Assembly: GCA_049472335.1 (NCBI GenBank)
Contig: JBLIRO010000031.1
Location: 1-55,877 of the forward strand
Reading direction: 5' to 3'
Length of the DNA: 55,877 bases
From: a bacterium
GTDB taxonomy: Bacteria; SZUA-182; DTGQ01; JAFGSM01
Shown: one piece after another, positions 28,601 through 36,488 of the stretch
Layout: every line of letters starts with the position of its first letter
Position numbering within the stretch: the first letter of the stretch is position 1
Made by a program: the position numbers and the translations under genes
The notes under the pieces: model-generated
Seen by the model: only the letters and a program-made list of their open reading frames with translations
The model's database searches: none
Told to the model about the DNA's origin: nothing

Positions 28601-30439
28601 ATGTCTTTAAATAGTTTCACTCTAAAAGATATTCCTATTAAAAATAAGGTCTTAGTTGCCACCACTACAGGGGTTACAGCTCAAAATATACTTAGAAATT
28701 ACAATTTTAATGCTTATGTATTTCATCAAAACCGTGTGATAAAAGATAAATACTTCTGTCTATCTAAGAAAAACAAGCAGTATATTTTATCTCACACTAA
28801 ACATTTGTACGAAATTCCTTTGAATTATTGCAAATCCATTTTATCTAAGGCCTATTTAAAATCATTGTTAAACCTTTCAAATGGAGCCAAAGTATGTTTT
28901 GAAATGATGGTGTATGCTTTGGAAAGGGGATATATCATGCCCGGGGAAGTGGTTTATGCCGTGGCTGGTGAAAACTCAGGTTGGGATACAATTGTTCGAT
29001 TTGAAGTGCCTGTGTTAAATCAGTTTCATCAGGGTGGGTATTCTGAATTTACAATCTGGGTAGATTCAAAGCAGCGGAATGTTAATTGGCTAATTAAAAT
29101 CTTATCCCAAAAGAATGAATATTTACCAACAATTATCTATTTCTATCCCAAAGTCCTCAAAGAAGAAAACATTGCATGGATCCCTTATTCCTTGCTTGCT
29201 ATTGCATCAGTTGTGGATCAGGATAAGTATTATTCATATATAATTGATAACAACCTGAACCATTACGAAACCTATTATGACGAGCTATCAGCGATTTCCT
29301 ATAAAGTGATTATGGTTGGCATCAGTTGTATGATAGGTTACCAGATTATAGATATGTTAAACTTTGTATCTGAGGTTAAATCAATTAACCAAGATTTACC
29401 CATTGTTGTTGGTGGTGGCTTACCAACCATACAGCCAGATATAGTGCTAAGACACAAAAGTATAGACTACATCATTATGAGCCAAGGGGAGCAAACATTT
29501 CTGGAATTGTTGAAATCTAAAGGAGATAAGCATAAATTAAAGGACATTTTAGGTTTGGGCTTTAAAACTGAATCTAAAAATTGGATAAATGATTTAAGAC
29601 CTATTATTAATAGACAGAAACTTCCTAATTATCCTTTTGAGTTGATTGATATTGGTAAGTATGTAAAAAGTGTTAAGGCCCTTGGGAAAAAAGCACTTAA
29701 TTATATTTCAAGTCAGGGATGTCCCAATAAATGTGCATTTTGTAGTGACAATGCCATTTATCAGGGGCGATGGACAGCTAAGCCCATAGATAAAGTCATC
29801 AAGGAGATAAAATACCTGGTAGAGGTGTATAGTTTAGACTCAATAAAAATGCACGATTCAAACTTTATGGTGTCAGAAAATAGAGTCAATAGTTTTTGTG
29901 ACGCACTTATAAATATGAACTTGAAAATTTATTGGGGGGCATCCATTCATCCCAAAATTTTATCAAATTTGAATGAGAAAACTCTTATTAAAATGAAAAA
30001 AACTGGATGTAAGCGTTTACTCATTGGGGCGGAATCCGGCAATCAAAAAGAATTAGATTTGATTAGAAAAGGTATAACAGTTGATACTATTTATAAGAAC
30101 GCCAGTATATTGAAAAAACATAACATTGTGGGTACATTTACCATCATGATAGGTTTACCCTTCACAACTCAGGAATTTATTCTTAATAGTATACAATTGG
30201 CAAAAAATATTAATAAAATATGGGATCAACATATGACTGAGATACTTATCTATTTGCCTTACCCTGGTACAGACCTTTATAAATTAATCCAAAATGATAA
30301 TTTTGTTGAGCCGGATGATTTAGAAGCCTGGGGTAATTATGAATATATTAAAAAGACTAATAATGAAAAAGATTATAGTGTGTATCTAAAGGCCATTGAT
30401 GACATCAAGAAAAAGTCTATCAAGTCCGTGGATTGTTAA
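28601..30439 (+). CDS. Cobalamin-binding radical SAM enzyme with an extra N-terminal MTH1675/pyruvate-kinase-C-like domain
   Basis: N-terminus VATTTGVTA...GAKVCFEM...GEVVYAVAG...GWDT; then PYSLLAIAS, VVGGGLPT, QGEQT, SQGCPNKCAFC, GAESG, PYPGT. Confidence 0.85.
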   Translation: MSLNSFTLKDIPIKNKVLVATTTGVTAQNILRNYNFNAYVFHQNRVIKDKYFCLSKKNKQYILSHTKHLYEIPLNYCKSILSKAYLKSLLNLSNGAKVCFEMMVYALERGYIMPGEVVYAVAGENSGWDTIVRFEVPVLNQFHQGGYSEFTIWVDSKQRNVNWLIKILSQKNEYLPTIIYFYPKVLKEENIAWIPYSLLAIASVVDQDKYYSYIIDNNLNHYETYYDELSAISYKVIMVGISCMIGYQIIDMLNFVSEVKSINQDLPIVVGGGLPTIQPDIVLRHKSIDYIIMSQGEQTFLELLKSKGDKHKLKDILGLGFKTESKNWINDLRPIINRQKLPNYPFELIDIGKYVKSVKALGKKALNYISSQGCPNKCAFCSDNAIYQGRWTAKPIDKVIKEIKYLVEVYSLDSIKMHDSNFMVSENRVNSFCDALINMNLKIYWGASIHPKILSNLNEKTLIKMKKTGCKRLLIGAESGNQKELDLIRKGITVDTIYKNASILKKHNIVGTFTIMIGLPFTTQEFILNSIQLAKNINKIWDQHMTEILIYLPYPGTDLYKLIQNDNFVEPDDLEAWGNYEYIKKTNNEKDYSVYLKAIDDIKKKSIKSVDC

Positions 30440-30466
30440 GCCGTTACCATTGGTTCAGATATCTTT

Positions 30467-31303
30467 ATGAATAAAACTGTCAACTATATTGATTTAAGTG
30501 TTCCTATTGATGTAAAAATGTGGGAACCAAATCATTTGGAAAGAAAGATCATCGACCATAGAAAAGGAGCAAACCTATTGGGTAAAACAGTGATATCAAT
30601 GAAAGGTACTAATTTTGTATTAAAAGCTATAGAACTCATTAAGAATAAATTAGGATTGGGCCTAAACTATAATGATTTTCCTGATAAGAAAGGATTATCC
30701 CTTTTTTTTTATAAATTAACAACACATACAGGTACCCATATGGATGCACCCTTTCATTTCGGTGATAAGACCAGTTTAGGTAAAAAAGCGAAAACAATTA
30801 CGGATATTCCATTGAAATGGTGCTTTGGAAATGGTGTATTATTGGATCTGTACACTGATAGTAGTTCCGGACCTGTTTCAAAGAAAGAAATCATTACAAA
30901 ATTAAAAGAAATAAATTATGATATTAAACCTTTTGATATTGTTTTTTTAAGGACAGAAGGTGATAAATATATTGGCGAACCCAGATATTTTAGTGATTTT
31001 CGAGGTGTCAGTCCTGAGGCTGCAGAGTATTTGATTGATAAAGGAGTCAAAATAATAGGCGTTGATAGTTTTAGCTTTGACCCGCCATTTCAAGTAATGA
31101 TTGGAAAATACTTAAAAGAAAAAAAGAAAAAATATCTATGGCCGGCTCATTTTTTAGGAAGGACCAAAGAATATTGCCATATTGAAAGATTGTGTAATTT
31201 AGATAAAATCAAAAATCCATTTGGTTTTAAAGTATCGTGTTTCCCCATTAAATTGCTCGATAGTGATGCCAGTTGGTGTAGAGTGGTTGCTATAGAAGAT
31301 TAA
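30467..31303 (+). CDS. Kynurenine-formamidase-fold polyketide cyclase (DpsY/OxyN/MtmY-type)
   Basis: IDLSVPID..MWEP, LTTHTGTHMDAPFHFG, RYFSDFRG, IGVDSFSFDPPF, LWPAHFLGR.KEYCHIERL.NL, FKVSCFPIK, WCRVVA. Confidence 0.88.
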   Translation: MNKTVNYIDLSVPIDVKMWEPNHLERKIIDHRKGANLLGKTVISMKGTNFVLKAIELIKNKLGLGLNYNDFPDKKGLSLFFYKLTTHTGTHMDAPFHFGDKTSLGKKAKTITDIPLKWCFGNGVLLDLYTDSSSGPVSKKEIITKLKEINYDIKPFDIVFLRTEGDKYIGEPRYFSDFRGVSPEAAEYLIDKGVKIIGVDSFSFDPPFQVMIGKYLKEKKKKYLWPAHFLGRTKEYCHIERLCNLDKIKNPFGFKVSCFPIKLLDSDASWCRVVAIED

Positions 31304-31477
31304 CAGATTGTCTTTTTCCCTTTTCTTAATGACTGGTCTGCCTGCCTACCAAGATCCCTCCTTTCAGATAAATTGAATAGGCTATTTCCCACCTTTTCTA
31401 TTAATATTACCCTTTCATTTTATTATGTCGATGAAAATATTTATCAAAACAAATAGATGTACAAGGGCCTCTAAGAA

Positions 31478-32701
31478 TTGAATGAAAAGGAAGCGAGAGA
31501 TTTAGAAATACTTCGAATTGATCCCGATCTTAGAGAGGATACACATCAATATAAAGGTTGGGTATTTAGTGTAATTGTTGCTTTGATTATTGGAATCAGC
31601 TTTCTGGTTGTTTATTGGCGGAAAAGGATGCCATTGAAAGTAGAGGTCATTGTTGCCAGAAGCACAATGTCAGGTCAAAATAGGGTAATTTTAACTGCTA
31701 GTGGTTATGTTGAAGCAAGGAGAAAAGCTACTATTGCATCAAAAATAACTGGCCGAATAAAAGAATTATATTTTGAAGAGGGTATGAAAGTTCACCAAGA
31801 TCAGATTCTAACTCAATTGGATGATAGTGAAGCAAGAGCACAAATTGAATCTGCTGTAGCGAAATATAAAGTAACGAAAGCAGCTATTCAGGAGATCAAG
31901 ACCAGTCTGAAATACGCCCTTAAAACATTCAAGAGATATTCAATGCTCCGAGAAAAAAATGCAATCAGTCAAGCGATGCTAGATAAGTCAGAAACAATAG
32001 TTGAAAACCTAAGGGCTCAACTAACTCGGGCGGAAGAAGAAATGGTTTTATCCGAAGCAGGTATAGCTGTTGCAAAGCGACATGCGGATAATTATATCAT
32101 TAAAGCACCCTTTGCTGGAATAGTTGTTTCCAAGGATGCCCAGGTTGGGGAAATTATTTCTCCGGTTTCGGCGGGTGATGGATTTACTCGAACTGGCATT
32201 TCAACAATTGTAGATATGAATTCACTGGAAATTGAGGTTGATGTCAACGAATCGTATATTTCAAAGGTAAGGATCGGCCAGAGGGTAGTGGCTACATTAG
32301 ATGCTTACCCGGATTGGAGAATTCCTGCCAATGTAAGGGCCATTATCCCTTCAGCCAATCGACAAAAAGCTACAGTAAAAGTATGGATTGCTTTTGAAAA
32401 GTTGGATCCGAAAATTCTTCCAGAGATGGGAGTCAAGGTTTCATTTTTAAATGAAAATCAGATAACAAATAATAGACCAGCAGTGCTCGTTACCGAGAAA
32501 GCTGTCTTTGAGGCAGGGGAAAAAAAGTATGTGTATATATATAGAAATGGCATTGCTGAAAAAAGAGCTGTCTTAATAGGAAAAACGTTCGAATCACATG
32601 TCGAAATCCTCGCTGGGCTCTCCGATGGGGAACGAATTATTGTCAAGTGGGAGGGTGATATTCATGAAGGGCATAGGGTAAAAATAGATCCTTCCGCATA
32701 A
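31478..32701 (+). CDS. Efflux periplasmic adaptor / membrane fusion protein (MacA-like)
   Basis: N-terminal TM, TASGYVEARR, coiled coil, IKAPFAG, EVDVNE, LPEMGV. Confidence 0.9.
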   Translation: MNEKEARDLEILRIDPDLREDTHQYKGWVFSVIVALIIGISFLVVYWRKRMPLKVEVIVARSTMSGQNRVILTASGYVEARRKATIASKITGRIKELYFEEGMKVHQDQILTQLDDSEARAQIESAVAKYKVTKAAIQEIKTSLKYALKTFKRYSMLREKNAISQAMLDKSETIVENLRAQLTRAEEEMVLSEAGIAVAKRHADNYIIKAPFAGIVVSKDAQVGEIISPVSAGDGFTRTGISTIVDMNSLEIEVDVNESYISKVRIGQRVVATLDAYPDWRIPANVRAIIPSANRQKATVKVWIAFEKLDPKILPEMGVKVSFLNENQITNNRPAVLVTEKAVFEAGEKKYVYIYRNGIAEKRAVLIGKTFESHVEILAGLSDGERIIVKWEGDIHEGHRVKIDPSA

Positions 32702-32744
32702 TGATGAGTCTTCTGTCAGAGAATAGGTAAGAGGGGGTAATAAT

Positions 32745-33449
32745 ATGGTCAAAATCAATGATATAAATCAGAGTCAAACACAGATTCAGGTAAGGAACCT
32801 TAATAAGATTTATAAGCGAGAGGGTGAGACAATCGATGTTCTCAATGGATTGAATTTAGACATAGATAAAGGTGAATTTGTTGCCTTCATGGGTCCCAGT
32901 GGTTCTGGAAAAACCACTCTTCTCAATCTATTGGGTGGCCTCGATAAGCCGAATTCGGGTACAATCGTTATAGAAGGTCAAGATATTACCAAAATTCCTG
33001 ACAAGAAACTGACTCGCTGGAGGTCCCGTCATGTGGGATTTGTATTCCAGATGTTCAATCTTATTCCAGTGCTTACCGCCTTTCAAAATGTAGAATTACC
33101 ACTTCTCTTAACTAGACTTTCAGCAAAACAGCGACGGGAACATGTGGAAATTGTTTTAAGCTTAGTAGGTCTTAAGGACCGGATGCATTATTATCCCAGG
33201 CAGCTTTCTGGCGGGCAAGAACAGCGAGTTGCCATAGCACGGGCTATTGTGAATGATCCTACGTTTCTTTTATGTGATGAGCCAACTGGGGATCTTGATC
33301 GTGGAAGTGCAAATGAGATCCTAGAGCTTCTTGAACGGCTAACTGCAGATCAACAAAAGACTATCTTGATGGTTACCCATGATGCTTTGGCCTCAAAACG
33401 AGCTCATACTATTCTTCATCTGGAAAAGGGTATACTTGTAGAGGATTAA
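32745..33449 (+). CDS. ABC transporter ATP-binding protein (LolD/MacB-like)
   Basis: [27 protein letters not shown]. Confidence 0.95.
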   Translation: MVKINDINQSQTQIQVRNLNKIYKREGETIDVLNGLNLDIDKGEFVAFMGPSGSGKTTLLNLLGGLDKPNSGTIVIEGQDITKIPDKKLTRWRSRHVGFVFQMFNLIPVLTAFQNVELPLLLTRLSAKQRREHVEIVLSLVGLKDRMHYYPRQLSGGQEQRVAIARAIVNDPTFLLCDEPTGDLDRGSANEILELLERLTADQQKTILMVTHDALASKRAHTILHLEKGILVED

Positions 33450-33460
33450 AATAAGGAGAG

Positions 33461-34606
33461 TTGAGAATGCGATATTTCAGTTTGATCTGGGCAAGTATTA
33501 CACGGAAAAAGACAAGATTAATTCTCACTATCGGTTCCTTTGCTGTTGCTTTATTTCTCTTTGGATTGCTTATCACCATACATACTGCTTTTTATCAGGG
33601 ATTAGAAACATCTGAGGCTGATCGATTAATTATCCGGAGTAAAATCTCTCTTATTATGTTGCTCCCTTATAGCTATAAGGAAAAGATTAAGCAAATAGAA
33701 GGAGTAAGGGCTATAACCTCTGGTACTTATTTTGGTGGGGTCTATCAGAATGAACGGAATTTCTTCCCCCAATTTGCCATAGAAGCAGATAATTATTTAG
33801 ACATATATCCTGAGTTCATTGTCCCGGAAGATCAATGGGAAGAGTTTAAAAAGGATAGACAAGGCTGTGTTGTAGGAAAAGGATTAGTGGAGCGATTTGG
33901 CTGGGAAATTGGAGACCGTGTACCATTACAGGGAACAGCTTTCCCAGGGGCATGGGAATTTAATATCTGTGGGATTTATGAAGGATCCCGGAAAGAGGAT
34001 GATTTATCTCAGTTCTGGTTCCATTACAAATACTTGGAGGAACGAAGCCAAATAATAAATGGAGAGGTGGGCTGGTATGTAGTAAAGGTTGCAAATCCTG
34101 AAAAATCCTTAGCCATAACCCAGAAAATTGATGAGATATTTACCAATTCACCAGATGAAACAAAGACTGAACCAGAAGCCATGTTTGCAGCCAGTTTTGT
34201 CAAACAATTTGGAAATATCAATTTGATCTTACTTACTATTGGTGGGGTTGTATTGTTTACTTTATTATTAGTGACCGGGAGCACTATGGCCATTTCCGTT
34301 CGTGAACGAACAGGAGAACTCGCTATATTGAAAACCCTCGGCTATTCAAATATTTTGTTGTTGTTATTGGTTTTGTCTGAATCTATTACTTATGCATTAA
34401 TTGGAGGTGGAGTAGGGATTGGAATGGCGAAGTTATTCACCCTTCGAGGTGATCCTACACATGGCATGTTACCGCTTTTTTATCTATCCCCTTTCTATAT
34501 TGCCATTGGATTATGTATTACTTTAATAATTGGTTTTTTTTCAGGATTAATTCCGGCAGTGAACGCAATGGGCTTGCGTATTGTTGAGGCCTTGAGGAGA
34601 GTATAA
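33461..34606 (+). CDS. ABC transporter permease (MacB/FtsX-like) 1
   Basis: RKKTRLILT, periplasmic domain, SVRERTGELAILKTLG, GLIPA. Confidence 0.92.
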   Translation: MRMRYFSLIWASITRKKTRLILTIGSFAVALFLFGLLITIHTAFYQGLETSEADRLIIRSKISLIMLLPYSYKEKIKQIEGVRAITSGTYFGGVYQNERNFFPQFAIEADNYLDIYPEFIVPEDQWEEFKKDRQGCVVGKGLVERFGWEIGDRVPLQGTAFPGAWEFNICGIYEGSRKEDDLSQFWFHYKYLEERSQIINGEVGWYVVKVANPEKSLAITQKIDEIFTNSPDETKTEPEAMFAASFVKQFGNINLILLTIGGVVLFTLLLVTGSTMAISVRERTGELAILKTLGYSNILLLLLVLSESITYALIGGGVGIGMAKLFTLRGDPTHGMLPLFYLSPFYIAIGLCITLIIGFFSGLIPAVNAMGLRIVEALRRV

Positions 34607-35782
34607 ATGCTTAGAATACCAATAGCCTATAATATCCGAAACTTAAGGGTGAGATGGGTATCCACACTTGTGGCTCTTACCGGAATTGCCGGAGTAGTTA
34701 CTGTTTTTGTAGCCATGCTCTCCATGGCCAAAGGATTCCAGGAGACATTAAAAGCAACTGGTTCCGAAACCAATATCATGGTTCGCAGAGGAGGAAGTAC
34801 ATCAGAAATGGAAAGTGTCATATCTCTCGAACAAGTAAAAATTATAAGTAATGCGGCCAGTGTAAGCCGTGATGACCACGAGAATCCGATTTTTACTTCT
34901 GAGGTGGTAACAATTGCTGCCCTGCCGATGATATCTACATGTACAGAAGCTAATGTCTCAGTCCGTGGGGTCTCTCAGGATGTGCTTAGGGTGAGAGACA
35001 AAGTAAAAATAGTAAGGGGGAGGTTTTTTAAGGCAGGATTTCCAGAACTAGTAGTTGGGAAAAACGCTACTGAACTATACCAAAATCTACACCTTCATAA
35101 TTCAATTCAATTCGGTGGGCAGGTTTGGAAAGTCGTTGGAATCTTAGATGCGGGAGGGAATGCCTTTGACTCAGAGCTATGGTGTGACGCTTATGTGTTA
35201 AACCAAGTCTACAAACGACCAACAAATATTTTCCAATCTGTAACCGTAAAAGTAAAATCCTTTGACTCTTTTTTAGAATTCAAAGATACGATTTCAACCG
35301 ATCCCAGATTAAACGTGACAGTGGAACGAGAGGTGGATTATTACAAGCGTCAAGCTCGGATGATTGTTACAATAATTCAGGTGTTGGGCTTTTTAATTGC
35401 CGCCGTGATGGGAATTGGGGCCATATTTGGCGCACTCAATACAATGTATGCTGCCGTATCGTCCAGAACGGTGGAGATTGCTACCTTAGGTGCTTTGGGT
35501 TTTACCAGAGGAGATGTGGTGTTATCCTTTATTTTAGAGTCTCTTCTCATTGCTTTATTGGGAGGAATTATAGGCTCTATTATCATCCTCCCCTTAAATG
35601 GATTTACTGCTTCCACTATTAATTGGGCCACATTTTCTCATTTGGCGTTCGCCTTTCAGATAACACCGGATTTGATGTTGGGTGGCATTTTATTTTCTTT
35701 AATTATGGGTTTCCTGGGCGGATTGTTCCCCGCTCTCCATGCTTCTAAACAATCTCTTGTCAATACCTTAAGGGGGATGTAA
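34607..35782 (+). CDS. ABC transporter permease (MacB/FtsX-like) 2
   Basis: YNIRNL, LNTMYAAVSSRTVEIATL.ALGF, GGLFPA. Confidence 0.92.
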   Translation: MLRIPIAYNIRNLRVRWVSTLVALTGIAGVVTVFVAMLSMAKGFQETLKATGSETNIMVRRGGSTSEMESVISLEQVKIISNAASVSRDDHENPIFTSEVVTIAALPMISTCTEANVSVRGVSQDVLRVRDKVKIVRGRFFKAGFPELVVGKNATELYQNLHLHNSIQFGGQVWKVVGILDAGGNAFDSELWCDAYVLNQVYKRPTNIFQSVTVKVKSFDSFLEFKDTISTDPRLNVTVEREVDYYKRQARMIVTIIQVLGFLIAAVMGIGAIFGALNTMYAAVSSRTVEIATLGALGFTRGDVVLSFILESLLIALLGGIIGSIIILPLNGFTASTINWATFSHLAFAFQITPDLMLGGILFSLIMGFLGGLFPALHASKQSLVNTLRGM

Positions 35783-36126
35783 TCCTAAAATATCTGAACA
35801 ATCCTTCCTGGTGCAACCTTAGGATGGGCTCCAAGTTAAGACTTTAATTTTCCTTTATATAAGTGATATCTTTTTTTGGTGTATAATTAAAGAAAATTCT
35901 AAGGGTTAAATAATCTTTTTTCCTGAACGATTTATCTCTAAAAAAATTTTATCTTTATTTATTTTTTCGCTTATTGTACAGGGGAATTTTTGAATTAAAC
36001 CATGGGATTTTCAAACAGGCTGGAATTCAGGCTTTTTGGAAATTCTTGCTTTTACCAAGGCAGGTTTTATCTGTATAATTTTATCGTGCAGTTGATCCCA
36101 TAAGATGGTTATTTTATGTACTGATT

Positions 36127-36450
36127 CTACTTATCCTCTTCTTGTTTAGAATTTTCTTTGTTTCCTTTGTAAAGTATTTTTCTTGCCTTTTTATAGAGTT
36201 CTTCAGGTACTTCTATAAAAGAGTTTTCGATTTGTTCAATCTCCCTTATTATCTCAAGTTTTTCCTTACATTCAGAGCAACAGAGCAGATGGCCTTCAAA
36301 GTGTTCCTTTTCCTCCTCGTTAAGTTCCTTATGAACAAACAGGCAGAAAACATCATTAGTTGGACATCCACCTCTGGTGGGGATAACTCTATGCCTTACA
36401 TGTTTATAGAGTTTTTTTAAAATACTATCTCTTTTATCTTTTTTTTCCAT
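36127..36450 (-). CDS. zf-HC2 (ZAS) anti-sigma-type zinc-finger protein
   Basis: CP...ELNEEEKEHFEGHLLCCSECKEKL (HxxxCxxC). Confidence 0.75.
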   Translation of the reverse strand: MEKKDKRDSILKKLYKHVRHRVIPTRGGCPTNDVFCLFVHKELNEEEKEHFEGHLLCCSECKEKLEIIREIEQIENSFIEVPEELYKKARKILYKGNKENSKQEEDK

Positions 36451-36488
36451 TTATCTAAACCTTCCATACAATTAAATATACGATTTAA

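Noticed and set aside
36051..36079. TTTACC-N17-TATAAT sigma70-like promoter
   Set aside because: Points antisense into the zf-HC2 gene with no downstream ORF; such matches are common in AT-rich DNA
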